A stretch of DNA of 64,000 bases from an uncultured Actinomycetota bacterium (GTDB taxonomy: Bacteria; Actinomycetota; Actinomycetes; Propionibacteriales; Propionibacteriaceae): contig CAVYLH010000003.1 in NCBI GenBank assembly GCA_963769325.1, positions 866,391-930,390 of the forward strand. The letters run 5' to 3'. Numbering within the stretch: position 1 is the stretch's first letter; each line of letters opens with the position of its first letter. Of this stretch, positions 18,975 through 29,220 are shown in pieces. The translations under genes and the position numbers were made by a program. The notes below the pieces were generated by a model. It saw only the letters and a program-made list of their open reading frames with translations. It was not told where the DNA came from and searched no databases.

Positions 18975-19988
18975 CTATTCCGAGGCGCGGCCAGGGGTCT
19001 GCGAGGATCCGTTCTGCGTCCCCGACTCGGACGGCGTGGCCTCGCCGCCCTGCCTGGAGGTGGCGTCCGGCGCGGGACCATCCTCGCCGGGGTAACCCAA
19101 GCCGGTCGCCTCGGAAGGGGAGGCCGGCTGGCCGTACCCGGACGCATCCCCGGTCGAGGCGGGGGCGGACTGCGTGGGGAACAGGGGCTGGTCCGGCGAG
19201 GGCGACGACGGCCCCGGATAGCCTCCTGGCGCCTGCTGGCTGTACCCAGTGTGGCCATACGGCGCGGCCTGGCCATAAGGAGCGGCCTGGCCATACGGAG
19301 CGGGCTGGCCATACGGCGCGGGCTGGCCATAAGGCGTCGGCTGAGCACCGTAGGGGGAAGCCTGACCGTACGGTCCGGGCTGACCGTAAGCACCGGGCTG
19401 GCCGTAGCCGGCCGGCGCCCCACCCATCCCAGCGGTGGCCGCCGGGTTCGTCGGCGAAGTGGCTGTCCCCTGGTTCGCTGCGGTTGGATTGAACTGGGCC
19501 GCCCGCCCGCCGGGCATGCTCATGATCAGCTCACGTGCCTGGCCCGCCACTTTGTGCTCGGCGAGCACTTCGTACTTGGTTGCGACAGTCTGCGACACCG
19601 ACGTGAAGTCCCGCTTGCCCTGGCTCATCCAGTAGCCGATCACCGAGAAGACGATGCCCACCACGATGCCGATCATCAAGGCGTAGATCGCCAGCAGAAT
19701 GATGTTCTGGTTCGGCTGGAACAGCCAGAAGAGCAAGGTGATCATCAAACCGGTGGACAGTCCGCTCTGCACCCCGGTACCGATCACGTTGCCCCAACCG
19801 CGCCGGCCGAGCACCCGCTCGATCGAGCGCAAGTCGGTGCCCACGATGCAGAGATTCTCCACCGGGAACCGGGCGTCGGCGAGGAAGTCCACGACCCGCT
19901 GCGCCTCGTCGTACGTGGGGAAAACCCCCACCGACTGGGGGTACTCCAGCTTGAACAAGCTGCTCAGTCGCGGAGTCGGTTGACTCAT
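18975..19988 (-). CDS. General stress protein (17M/YflT-like) with a GQPAPY-repeat tail
   Basis: YDEAQRVVDFLADARFPVENLCIVGTDLRSIERV, two TM helices, RDFTSVSQ.VATKYEV. Confidence 0.85.
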   Translation of the reverse strand: MSQPTPRLSSLFKLEYPQSVGVFPTYDEAQRVVDFLADARFPVENLCIVGTDLRSIERVLGRRGWGNVIGTGVQSGLSTGLMITLLFWLFQPNQNIILLAIYALMIGIVVGIVFSVIGYWMSQGKRDFTSVSQTVATKYEVLAEHKVAGQARELIMSMPGGRAAQFNPTAANQGTATSPTNPAATAGMGGAPAGYGQPGAYGQPGPYGQASPYGAQPTPYGQPAPYGQPAPYGQAAPYGQAAPYGHTGYSQQAPGGYPGPSSPSPDQPLFPTQSAPASTGDASGYGQPASPSEATGLGYPGEDGPAPDATSRQGGEATPSESGTQNGSSQTPGRASE

Positions 19989-20926
19989 TTCGTTTCCTCC
20001 ATTCCAGCGGCCCGCCCGCGGGCCAGGATCGCGGCGGCCAGTTTGACCCCCGCCTCGTCCACCATCTCGTCGTCCACGACGATCGCCCCGACGGCACCCT
20101 GAGCAAGGGTCGTCGCTTCGGCATAGGCGATCATGATCCGCTGCGCTCGGGCGAAGTCGGCCGATTTCGGTGAGTACACCTCGTTGCCGGCGTCCACCTG
20201 CGCCGGATGCAACACCCACTTGCCGTCGTACCCGAGGGCTGCGCTCAACTCGGCTGAGCGGCGGAAGCCTTCAGTGTCCCGGATGGCGACGAACGGGCCG
20301 TCGATCGCCTGCAGACCCTGAGCCCTGGCGGCCACCAGGATCGACATCAGCACGTGGTGGAAGGCGTCGGCCGGGTAGCCGTCCGGCTGGGCACCCACGT
20401 TCAGCCCGCCCATCCCGAGGCTGGCCATGAAGTCGCCCGGCCCGAACACCAGGCTCGCGAGGCGCTGGCTCGAGGCTGCGATCTCGTTGACGTGCAGGAG
20501 GCCGATCGCGTCCTCGATCTGCACCTCGAGTCCGATGCGGCCCACCGGCAACCCGCAGTTCTGCTCGACCTGCGTGAGGAGCAGGTCGAGTGCCTGCACC
20601 TGCGCCGCGGACTGGACCTTCGGGAGCACCAGCGCGTCGATCCGGACACCCGCGCCGCTGACCACGTCAATCACGTCACCGTAGGTCCAGGGACTCTCCC
20701 AGCCGTTCACCCGCACGGTGACCAACCCTGCGGTGAAACCTTGTGCGTAGTTGAGCGCGTTCACGATCCGTTGCCGGGATTCCACCTTCACAGACGGCGC
20801 CACCGCGTCCTCGAGGTCGAGAAACACACCGTCCACGGCCAGGCCCCTGGCCTTCTCGATGAACCGGTCGGAGGAGCCGGGCACGGCGAGGATGGTGCGG
20901 CGAGGAACGGCACGGCTGGTGGTCAC
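19985..20926 (-). CDS. CitE-like CoA ester lyase (HpcH/HpaI aldolase/citrate lyase family)
   Basis: LAVPGSS, FLDLEDAVAP, VRVN, LPKV, FGPGDF, GYDGKWVLHPAQ. Confidence 0.92.
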   Translation of the reverse strand: MTTSRAVPRRTILAVPGSSDRFIEKARGLAVDGVFLDLEDAVAPSVKVESRQRIVNALNYAQGFTAGLVTVRVNGWESPWTYGDVIDVVSGAGVRIDALVLPKVQSAAQVQALDLLLTQVEQNCGLPVGRIGLEVQIEDAIGLLHVNEIAASSQRLASLVFGPGDFMASLGMGGLNVGAQPDGYPADAFHHVLMSILVAARAQGLQAIDGPFVAIRDTEGFRRSAELSAALGYDGKWVLHPAQVDAGNEVYSPKSADFARAQRIMIAYAEATTLAQGAVGAIVVDDEMVDEAGVKLAAAILARGRAAGMEETK

Positions 20927-21027
20927 CGCTCCAGCCTATTGCAGGCGCGACACGCGACGGTCAGGCCTCGGCTGTGGCACGCCTGTGATCCCGGGTTTCC
21001 GGGGGTGGGAAGGTGCAGACTGGCGTG

Positions 21028-21672
21028 ATGGAGACCGTCGACCTTCGCCGTGAGCTGCGGCATCTCTACCAGCCGAAGCCGGGACGATTCGAGTTGGTCA
21101 CGGTGCCGCAACTGAGTTACCTGACGATCACCGGACAGATCGAGCCGGGGGCTGGTCCGTCCGATTCGCCGGGCTTCGACGCCGCACTGCAGGCCATCTA
21201 CGGCCTGGCCTACACCTTGCGGTTCGCACTGAAGAAACGCAGCGAGCGGCCCCTGGACGCGCCCGTCATGCCGCTCGAAGCCCAGTGGTGGCTCACCGGG
21301 GGAACCTTCGACCTGGCCCACCCGGACAACTGGGCGTACCGGTTGATGATCGCCATCCCCGACCAGGTGGGGCAGGACGACGTCGACTCCGCCCTGGCGA
21401 CGCTCCGCGCGAAGAGGGGCGATTCGGCAGAACTCGACCGGTTGCGGCTGGAACGGATCGCCGAGGGCGACTGCGTCCAGGTGCTGCACCTGGGGCCCTA
21501 CTCGACAGAGCCCGCAACGCTGGCGGGACTGCCGGAGTTCCTCGCCGCGCAGGGTCTGGTCGACATGGTGGAAACCAGACCGCACTCCGAGATCTACCTG
21601 AGCGATCCGCGTCGGACAGCACCGGAGAAGCTGCGCACCATCCTTCGACACCCCGTGGCGCGCCTGGCGTAA
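21028..21672 (+). CDS. GyrI-like small-molecule-binding domain protein
   Basis: VMPLEAQWW, EGDCVQVLHLGPY, HSEIYLSDPRRTAPEKLRTILRHPV. Confidence 0.88.
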   Translation: METVDLRRELRHLYQPKPGRFELVTVPQLSYLTITGQIEPGAGPSDSPGFDAALQAIYGLAYTLRFALKKRSERPLDAPVMPLEAQWWLTGGTFDLAHPDNWAYRLMIAIPDQVGQDDVDSALATLRAKRGDSAELDRLRLERIAEGDCVQVLHLGPYSTEPATLAGLPEFLAAQGLVDMVETRPHSEIYLSDPRRTAPEKLRTILRHPVARLA

Positions 21673-21862
21673 GCACCCGGTACCACGGCTCCGGCGGCTC
21701 CCGCCGTCACCGCTGTGCCGCCTTCCCAGTGGGGCCGACATCATCCGCAGGGGTGTGAGGAAGTTTCATCTCCGCCAGCCCAAACCCCGCCAGACAGCCG
21801 GGCAGCCGCAGGTCGGTGGAGCTCTTTCACCTGGCAGCGCGCCCTGGATCCGTCCACCGCGG

Positions 21863-22363
21863 TCAGGAACGCCCCTGTCCGCGTCGTCGCTCGCGCTCGA
21901 GGACGGCCGGTGAGCGGACCGGCCAGACGTAGGGCAGGTCGGGAGGGACGTCGGGGAACTGGGGCCCGTAGTGTTCGGGGTCCTTGCGCACGAGGGCCGA
22001 GCGGTGGCTGCGCAGGAAGGCTTCATCGAACAGCCAGTCCGGCAGTGCGTTCGCCTCGCGGAGTTCGGCGTAGGTGCGGATGGTGGACACCCCAGCCGTG
22101 GCGAGATCGGCGACGATCGTGATCGCGCAGGTGTCGTCGAAGCCGCGCTCGCGCCACACCTCGCAGACGGTGATTCCGTAGCGGCCCAGTGCCTCTTCGT
22201 AGCCCTTCCACATCAACGCCGCCGGGTGGGAGCGCCACCCGTAATCGGGCACCGTCAGCGCCCGGACGATCTGGATCGTCTCGACTCGCTGCTTGCCAAG
22301 CCGCTTGACGTCGAGAGCATGCGCCGAGGCGTCGAAGTCAGAGAAGGGCAGGAAGGTCTGCAT
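21863..22363 (-). CDS. MSMEG_6728-family protein (pyrimidine-dimer DNA glycosylase-like)
   Basis: MQTFLP..DF..SA..LD.KRLGKQRVET, HPAALMWKGY, SHRSALVRKDP. Confidence 0.88.
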   Translation of the reverse strand: MQTFLPFSDFDASAHALDVKRLGKQRVETIQIVRALTVPDYGWRSHPAALMWKGYEEALGRYGITVCEVWRERGFDDTCAITIVADLATAGVSTIRTYAELREANALPDWLFDEAFLRSHRSALVRKDPEHYGPQFPDVPPDLPYVWPVRSPAVLERERRRGQGRS

Positions 22364-22405
22364 GGGCCGACTGCTCGGAGATCGCCGAGGTCCGTGGGTG
22401 TCGGG

Positions 22406-23554
22406 CTACTGGACCGGAGTGACGCCGAGCTTGAAGCCCACCAGGTTCCGTTTCCGGTTCACCAGACGTTCGGCGAGTCCCGTCAATGCCGCTGCCGCCG
22501 GACGGTCGGGAGCGGTGGCCACCAGCGGCACCCCCAGATCCCCGCCCGCGGCGAGGGCTGGGTCCATGGGGATCTCGGCAAGCAGTGGAACCTCATAGCC
22601 CAAGCGAGTGCTGAGGGTTCCGGCCACCTCGGCGCCGCCTCCGGTGCCGAAGACGTCCACCCGGTGTCCCTGACCGCAATGGGGGCACTCGACCTCTAGG
22701 TAGGCCATGTTCTCCACCACCCCGATCACCTTCTGCTCCAACATGGACGCCATCGTGCCGGCCCGCTCAGCCACCTCCGCCGAGGCTTGCTGGGGCGTGG
22801 TGACGACGAGCACCTCTGCGTTGGGAAGCTTCTGGCCCAGGGACAGCGCGACGTCGCCGGTGCCGGGCGGCAGGTCCACCACCAGGTAGTCGAGATCGCC
22901 CCAATAGACGTCAGCGAGGAACTGCTGCAACGCGCGGTCGAGAATCGGGCCCCGCCAGGCGATCACCTGGTCGCGACTCTGCTTGAGCATCCCGATGGAG
23001 ATCACCCGCATGCCCATCGACGGCACCGGCATGATCATCCCGTCCACCGAGGTGGGCATTGCCTCGGACAGGCCCAGCATCTGCGGCACAGAATGGCCGT
23101 AGATGTCGGCGTCCAGCACGCCCACGCTCTTGCCCTTGGCGGCCAGGGCCATGGCCAGGTTGACCGTCACGGAGCTCTTGCCCACCCCACCCTTGCCGGA
23201 GGCGACCAGCAGCACCTGTGTGAGGGAGTCGTCCCGGGCGAAAGGGATCTCTCGATCTTCGCGGCCGCCGCGGAGCTGCTTCTTCAGGGCAGCGCGCTGG
23301 TCGTCGCTCATCGTGCCCAGGGTCAGTTGCACCCGGGTCACCCCGGGCACCGCGGCCACGGCGGTGTTGACGTCCGACTCGATGGTGCTCGCCAGAGGGC
23401 AGCCGGCGATCGTCAGCAGCACGGTCACCGCGGCCACACCGCTGTCGTCGACAACGACCGATTCCACCATGCCCAAATCGGTGATGGGGCGGCGGATCTC
23501 GGGGTCGATAACCTTCGCCAGGGCGCCCAGAACGGCGGCTTCGAGTTCGGACAT
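22406..23554 (-). CDS. mrp: Mrp/NBP35 Fe-S cluster carrier ATPase
   Basis: DPEIRRPITDLGMV, SGKGGVGKS, DADIYG, WRGP, DLPPGTGD, ENM, CPHC. Confidence 0.95.
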   Translation of the reverse strand: MSELEAAVLGALAKVIDPEIRRPITDLGMVESVVVDDSGVAAVTVLLTIAGCPLASTIESDVNTAVAAVPGVTRVQLTLGTMSDDQRAALKKQLRGGREDREIPFARDDSLTQVLLVASGKGGVGKSSVTVNLAMALAAKGKSVGVLDADIYGHSVPQMLGLSEAMPTSVDGMIMPVPSMGMRVISIGMLKQSRDQVIAWRGPILDRALQQFLADVYWGDLDYLVVDLPPGTGDVALSLGQKLPNAEVLVVTTPQQASAEVAERAGTMASMLEQKVIGVVENMAYLEVECPHCGQGHRVDVFGTGGGAEVAGTLSTRLGYEVPLLAEIPMDPALAAGGDLGVPLVATAPDRPAAAALTGLAERLVNRKRNLVGFKLGVTPVQ

Positions 23555-23831
23555 GGTCGCCACCTTAGTCACGACGCTCTCGTCGGGCGAACCCGCGTCC
23601 ACCACGATCAGCCTCCTTCAAGGGACGGCGCAGGCCGTCGACATCCACAGTTCCGCCTGCCGGGCGAACCCGCGTCCACCAGGATCAGCATCCTGGCGAA
23701 GCCGGACCACGCCCCCATCGGGGCACAACCACGAAACCGCGCCGGGCCGCTTCGCGGTGCACCACGCACCTGCGGCCTGTCGCGAATCCGCGTGGTCGCC
23801 GATGGTCAGGCGCGACCTGACGGCACCGAAT

Positions 23832-23907
23832 GGGACAAAACCGCCGCCGGAACGACAAGCGGCACCTCACCTCCGGCCTCACCGACAACCAGAGGCCGGT
23901 TTGTCCC
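23832..23907. repeat. 76-bp GGGACA...TGTCCC dispersed element
   Basis: atGGGACAAAACCGCC...CAACCAGAGGCCGGTTTGTCCCat; intergenic. Confidence 0.8.
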
Positions 23908-23952
23908 ATACCTCCCCGCGCGAGCAGCGGGAAACCACGCCGGGGCCGTCGT

Positions 23953-24450
23953 TCAGACGGACCGCGGTTTGTCTTCGTCCTCGCGGTCGGTGAGTTCGCC
24001 CAGCAACTCCCGCAGTTCCGAGCGGATGAAATCCCTGGTCGCCACGTCGTTCATCCGCATCCGCAACGAGGCGATCTCACGCGCGAGGAAGTCCATGTCC
24101 GCTCGCGACTGGGCGGACACCTCACGGTCGTGCTCGAGGCTGACCCGGTCACGGGCCTCCTGGCGGTTCTGCGCTAGCAGGATGAGGGGAGCTGCGTATG
24201 AGGCTTGCAGCGACAGCGCCAGGGTGAGGAACAGGAACGGGAACGGATCGGGAGCCTGATCCTCGGGCATGGCGAGGTTGAGCACCACCCAGGCGATGAT
24301 CAACACCGTCATCCAGATCAGGAACTGCGCGGTGCCCATCCAGCGGGCGAACGATTCTGCGAAGGAGCCGAACGCGTCCTGGTCCATGCGCATTCGAGGC
24401 AACCAGTCACTTCGGCGCCCAGGAACGTCCAACCGATCCTGCCTAGCCAT
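23953..24450 (-). CDS. DUF1003 membrane protein
   Basis: FAESFARWMGT, DPFPFLFLTLALSLQASYAAPLILLAQNRQ. Confidence 0.93.
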   Translation of the reverse strand: MARQDRLDVPGRRSDWLPRMRMDQDAFGSFAESFARWMGTAQFLIWMTVLIIAWVVLNLAMPEDQAPDPFPFLFLTLALSLQASYAAPLILLAQNRQEARDRVSLEHDREVSAQSRADMDFLAREIASLRMRMNDVATRDFIRSELRELLGELTDREDEDKPRSV

Positions 24451-25708
24451 CGCTCACCTCCGTGTCCAGGCGGTCCAGCTGCACTCCGCGCCAGTCGTTG
24501 GGCAAGATGTGATCGAGAACGTCATCCACGGTCACCGCACCAATCAGTCGGTGGTCGCCGTTGACCACGGGTGCGCACACGAGGTCGTAGGTGGCGAAAT
24601 ACCGACTGACCTGGGCAATGTTGCTCTGCGGAGTGAGCGGTGTGATGTCGGGATCGATCAGCCCCGCGGCCAGCATCGACGGCGGCTCTCGGAGCAGCCG
24701 CTGGAAGTGCACCGCTCCCACGTACCGGCCTGTCGGCGTGTCCAGCGGTGACCGACAGATGAACGCCAACGCCGCCATCGCGGGAGTGATCTCCTCGTTG
24801 CGCACCGCGGCCAGGGCGTCGGCCACCGTGGCGTCAATGCCCAGGACCACCGGCTCGGGGTTCATCAGACCGCCGGCCGTCGCCGCGTCGTAGCTGAGCA
24901 GGGTGCGGACGTCACGCGCCTCCTCCGGCTCCATGCGGTCCAGAATCCGCTCGGCGAGGTCCGCGTCCAGTTCGGCGATCAGGTCGGCCGCGTCGTCGGC
25001 GTCCATCTCCTCCAACACGTCGGCTGCCCGCTCGGTGTCCAGCGACGCGATCACGTCCACCTGCTCGTCCTCGGGCAACTCCTCCAGCGCCTCGGCCAGC
25101 CGGTCGTCTTCCATGGCCTTGACGACCGCCGTGCGCAGCACGGGATCCATGTCGTGGAGTTCGCGCGCGACGTCCGCCGCCTTCAAATCGGACAACCTCA
25201 TCGCTTGCTGCTCCGCGTCCCTCGGCACGGGAACGTCAATGAAATCAGGCACCTCCGACCAGTCGACGATCGTCACGTGGCCCTTCTGGAACGGACGCCG
25301 CCCCACTTCGCGGAGTGCGACCTCAGCGAGTTCCCAGTCGTGCCCCCGGCTCCTGCGGATTGCCACGTCGTAGATCGTCTCAGGGCCGCCGGCGCCGGTG
25401 CGATTGACGGTGCGGTCCAGCAGTCCGTCGATCACCATGGTTTCGCGTTCTCGTACCTGGAACCGAACGGTGTTCACCAGACCCGAAATGATCACCTGAT
25501 TGGGATCGATCGAGTGCACGCGGGCCATTGGGAAGAAGATGCGTCGGTGCGCGAACAACTCGACGACGAGGCCCTTCACCCGCGGTGCTCGGTGGCCTGA
25601 GCGGTTCTGGATGATCACATCGCGCACTTTGCCCACTTGCTCACCGTTGGGGTCGAGCATGGGCAATCCCTTGATCCTCGAAACGAAGATCGACGAAGCC
25701 GAGGTCAC
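24443..25708 (-). CDS. MgtE N-terminal/CBS domain protein with PRC barrel
   Basis: DPNGEQVGKVRDV, ERAADVLEEMDADDAADL, TAGGLM, GAVTVDDVLDHILP. Confidence 0.9.
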   Translation of the reverse strand: MTSASSIFVSRIKGLPMLDPNGEQVGKVRDVIIQNRSGHRAPRVKGLVVELFAHRRIFFPMARVHSIDPNQVIISGLVNTVRFQVRERETMVIDGLLDRTVNRTGAGGPETIYDVAIRRSRGHDWELAEVALREVGRRPFQKGHVTIVDWSEVPDFIDVPVPRDAEQQAMRLSDLKAADVARELHDMDPVLRTAVVKAMEDDRLAEALEELPEDEQVDVIASLDTERAADVLEEMDADDAADLIAELDADLAERILDRMEPEEARDVRTLLSYDAATAGGLMNPEPVVLGIDATVADALAAVRNEEITPAMAALAFICRSPLDTPTGRYVGAVHFQRLLREPPSMLAAGLIDPDITPLTPQSNIAQVSRYFATYDLVCAPVVNGDHRLIGAVTVDDVLDHILPNDWRGVQLDRLDTEVSDG

Positions 25709-25754
25709 GTCTCGCAGGCTACCGCCTTCGGCTCACGCGTCCAGCCCCACGGGC

Positions 25755-26138
25755 TCAGGTTGCCTCGGTGTCGAAGGGGACCGTTCGCTGGGCACCCTTC
25801 TCTGGCGCCATCCGCTGCTCCGGCGGGGCCGCGGGGTCCGAGGTCAGCGCGGCCCGCACGGGCTCAAGTTCAGCTTTGAGCGGCTCGAGCTCGGCCTGGA
25901 CGGGTTCAAGGAGATGCTTGCTGACCAGCGCCTTCGGGTTCAGATCGCGCAGGTGCAGGTCGGCGAACTCGGGGCCCAGTTCCTCGCGCAGCCGACCCTG
26001 GGCGTCATTGGCGATGTTGCGGACGTAGTTGAGGACGCGCGCAGCCTTCCGCGCCAATTCGGGGAGCTTCTCCGGACCGAAGATGATCACTGCCAGCACG
26101 GCCAAGACCACGATCTCGGACATGTTGAAGTCGATCAT
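25755..26138 (-). CDS. tatB: Sec-independent translocase TatB
   Basis: SEIVVLAVLAVIIFGPEKLPELAR...ELGPEF..L..LNPK...FDTEAT. Confidence 0.92.
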   Translation of the reverse strand: MIDFNMSEIVVLAVLAVIIFGPEKLPELARKAARVLNYVRNIANDAQGRLREELGPEFADLHLRDLNPKALVSKHLLEPVQAELEPLKAELEPVRAALTSDPAAPPEQRMAPEKGAQRTVPFDTEAT

Positions 26139-26159
26139 GGCGACAGGTTATCGGCAGGC

Positions 26160-27041
26160 TCAGAATCCGCAGGCCGCCAGGATCGCAAGGAAAGCCGCCG
26201 TCTCGTCGGGTGAGGCGTTCAGCAACGGCTTGCGGACCGGTCCGGGTGCATGGCCCCGGGCCGCCAGTCCCGCCTTGACCAGCATGCAACCTTGGGTCGC
26301 GAAGACCCCGACGTACACCGGCAGCAGGGCGGCGTTCAACGCGGTGGCCCGCGCGACCTCGCCTCCCACGAACGCCTCGATCATCTCCCTGGTTCGGCGC
26401 CCGGTGAAATGCGTCGAGGTTCCGACCACACCCACGCCGCCCACCGCCAGCAGTGGCAGTGTCATCCCGTCGTCGCCGGAGTAATAGGCGAGGTCGGTGG
26501 CGGCGATCACCTCGGCCGAAGCCACCGGGGAGCCCTTCGCATCCTTCACCGCCACGATGTTGGGATGAGCGGCGATCTGGATCATGGTGGCCGTCTCCAC
26601 TGCGATACCCGCCCGATGCGGGATGTCGTAGATCATGATCGGGACCGTGGTCGACTCGGCCACGGTGAGAAAATGGTCGGCGAGTGCGTCCTGCGGTGGA
26701 CGACTGTAGTACGGCGTCACCACCAGCAGTCCATCGGCGCCGGCCTGTTCGGCCTGCTTGGCCAACTCGATCGTGTGCCGAGTGTCGAATGTGCCTACGC
26801 CGGCAATGATGTCGGCACGATCTCCCACTTCGGAGATAACCGCCTCGAGGATGACGCGCTTCTCCGCGTCCGACGTGGTCGGAGATTCGCCGGTGGTGCC
26901 GTTGATGACCAGTACGTCGTTGCCCTGGTCGTCGATCAGGTGCGCAGCGAGTCGACGGGTCTCGTCGAGGTTGAGCGATCCGTCAAGGGTGAATGGGGTA
27001 ACCATCGCCGTCTGGACCCGACCGAAAGGCAGCACTGTCAT
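26160..27041 (-). CDS. dapA: 4-hydroxy-tetrahydrodipicolinate synthase
   Basis: TAMVTPF, GTTGESPT, VTPYY, YDIPHR, VAVKDA, YSGDD. Confidence 0.95.
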   Translation of the reverse strand: MTVLPFGRVQTAMVTPFTLDGSLNLDETRRLAAHLIDDQGNDVLVINGTTGESPTTSDAEKRVILEAVISEVGDRADIIAGVGTFDTRHTIELAKQAEQAGADGLLVVTPYYSRPPQDALADHFLTVAESTTVPIMIYDIPHRAGIAVETATMIQIAAHPNIVAVKDAKGSPVASAEVIAATDLAYYSGDDGMTLPLLAVGGVGVVGTSTHFTGRRTREMIEAFVGGEVARATALNAALLPVYVGVFATQGCMLVKAGLAARGHAPGPVRKPLLNASPDETAAFLAILAACGF

Positions 27042-27051
27042 GGGGGCCAGC

Positions 27052-27273
27052 CTAAGCCGTGGCGATGACGACCATCGGGTCACCGTCTCGAACCACGTCG
27101 CCGACGCGGACCACGATTTCGATGACGGTGCCGGCTACGTCGGCCAGGACGGGGATCTCCATCTTCATCGATTCGAGGACGATCACCGGATCCAGGGGGT
27201 CCACCCGCTGCCCCGCCGCCACCTCGACGGATAGAACATTCGCGACCAACTCCGCAACAACGACGTGACTCAT
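27052..27273 (-). CDS. Stand-alone biotin/lipoyl carrier protein
   Basis: LESMKMEIPV biotinylation motif. Confidence 0.9.
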   Translation of the reverse strand: MSHVVVAELVANVLSVEVAAGQRVDPLDPVIVLESMKMEIPVLADVAGTVIEIVVRVGDVVRDGDPMVVIATA

Positions 27274-27539
27274 GGATGGCAATGGTAGGGGCAATAGCGC
27301 CGACCGGGCGGATCGCTCCGGCCGCCCGCCTCAGGTTCGCGTCGCCGGGCCGGTGCGCGTCGGACCGCACACGCGCGGCGGGCGTGGGTCGAGACGCGCT
27401 CAACCAGCCCCGGTAGGGACGCTCGCAGCCAGGTGGCCCTACTCCTCCGCACCCGTTCATCGACCACCAGCAGCCTGGCATTCCGGGTCGCTGGCCCGAC
27501 CGGGCTCCGTCCACTCCCCGGCGGACACCGCCGGCCCCG

Positions 27540-27830
27540 TCAAGACGCCCCGCTCTCCAGTCGCAGACCCAACCGACCCCCGCCTACTCCTCGCTTTCCA
27601 GTCACTGGCCTCCGCACGCGTCTACCCCTCGGCTCCGCCGACCCCGCCAAGACCCCTCGCATACCCCTCACCGACCCCGACCCATCCCCGCCTACTCCTC
27701 CGCCGACTCCGCCGACCTCGTCAAGACTCCTCGCTTTCCCGTCGCTGACCCCGACCCACCCCCGTCTACACCTCCGCCGACTCTCCGCCGACCTCGTCGA
27801 GACTCCTCGCTTTCCCGTCGCTGACGCGAC
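27540..27830. repeat. Degenerate C-rich tandem repeat with 74-76 bp units
   Basis: The block (A/G)AGAC.CCTCGCTTTCCCGTCGCTGACCCCGACCC recurs at 27542, 27649, 27723 and 27799. Confidence 0.75.
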
Positions 27831-27858
27831 CGGAAAGCTCGTCGTCTAGGCTGAGGGC

Positions 27859-28518
27859 GTGAATCCAGCACCGAAAAACTCGGGTCGCACCGCCTCGCTT
27901 CCAGCCACGCTCGCGTACGCGGAGGCCTTTGTCGCCGAATCCGAAGGCCCGAACACCGCGCGTCGCCGCGCCGAGGAACTGAGCATCGAGAGCATCAGCA
28001 CCGGAGTCGCTGCCACACTGACCTTCCTGGCCAAGGCGATCACGGCGCGGACGGTGGCGGAAATTGGCACCGGCACAGGGGTCTCAGCTCTGGCGTTGCT
28101 GGCCGGCATGGCTGCAGATGGCGTCCTGACAAGCATCGACGCTGAGGCCGAACATCAGGTGGCGGCCCGGGAGGTCCTCACATCACTTCGGGTGCCGAAT
28201 CGGCGGGTCCGTCTCATTGCCGGCCAGGCCCTGGATGTCCTTCCCAAGCTGACCGACGGCGCCTACGACCTGGTCTACATCGACGGGGACCCATTGGAGT
28301 ACGTCGAGTACGTCGCCCAAGCCGAGCGCCTTTTGCGCGACGGCGGCATCCTTGTGCTCCACCACGCGCTGTGGCAAGGGTTGGTGGCCGATGAGCGCAA
28401 CTCAGACGACGAGCCCCTCATCATCCGCGAATCACTGGCCGCGGTCCTCGACAACGAGGCGTTCACCCCGGTTCTGCTGCCCCTCGGCGATGGATTGCTG
28501 GTAGCGGTGCGAAGCTGA
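27859..28518 (+). CDS. O-methyltransferase (Rv1220c-like)
   Basis: AEIGTGTGVS, LTSIDAEAEHQ, ALDVLPKLTDGAYDLVYID. Confidence 0.92.
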   Translation: MNPAPKNSGRTASLPATLAYAEAFVAESEGPNTARRRAEELSIESISTGVAATLTFLAKAITARTVAEIGTGTGVSALALLAGMAADGVLTSIDAEAEHQVAAREVLTSLRVPNRRVRLIAGQALDVLPKLTDGAYDLVYIDGDPLEYVEYVAQAERLLRDGGILVLHHALWQGLVADERNSDDEPLIIRESLAAVLDNEAFTPVLLPLGDGLLVAVRS

Positions 28519-28550
28519 TCAGAGCGCCTTCTGCCCAAGATGGCCAAGCA

Positions 28551-29149
28551 GTCCGGGACATAACCGCCAGCAGACGGCTCCCCCGACATCATGAAGCTCC
28601 ACAGAGCACAACCAGCGGCACCTTTGTCCCAATTGACCAATCCCAGTCAATCGAGGCGCCCGCGAATGCTCAGAACCGACTCACTCCCGACCCGCGCACG
28701 GTCAGACCAGATCAGCCCAAAGAGTCCGGGACATAACCGCCAGCACACGGCTCCCCCGACATCATGAAGCTCCACAGAGCACAACCAGCGGCACCTTTGT
28801 CCCAATTGACCAATCCCAGTCGATCGAGGCGCCCGCGAATGCTCAGAACCGACTCACTCCCGACCCGCGCACGGTCAGACCAGATCAGCCCAAACAGTCC
28901 GGGACATAACCACCAACAGACGGCTCCCCCGACATCATGAAGTCCCACAGAGCACAACCAGCGGCACCTTTGTCCCAATTGACCAATCCCAGTCAATCGA
29001 GGCGCCCGCGAATGCTCAGAACCGACTCACTCCCGACCCGCGCACGGTCAGACCAGATCAGCCCAAACAGTCCGGGACATAACCACCAACAGACGGCTCC
29101 CCCGACATCATGAAGTCCCACAGAGCACAACCAGCGGCACCTTTGTCCA
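28551..29149. repeat. 173-bp tandem repeat, about 3.5 near-identical copies, each containing a 76-bp GGGACA...TGTCCC element
   Basis: Units start at 28551, 28724, 28897 and 29070. Elements at 28555-28630, 28728-28803, 28901-28976 and 29074-29149 (the last ends TGTCCA). Confidence 0.95.
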
Positions 29150-29220
29150 CCGGCAGCCGGCCAGCCGCTCACCGAGCGTCGGCAACCGCCGATCAGAGTG
29201 CCACCGGCGGCCCGCCGCAC

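Noticed and set aside
21755-21830. Another 76-bp inverted-end element (GTGAGG...TTTCAC)
   Set aside because: The arms pair poorly and there is only one copy; may be chance.
23584-23780. Mini-CRISPR (34-bp repeat, 43-bp spacer)
   Set aside because: Only two good copies and a very weak third; no leader or cas genes.
28551-29149. CRISPR array
   Set aside because: Whole 173-bp units are near-identical, there are no unique spacers, and no cas genes are present.
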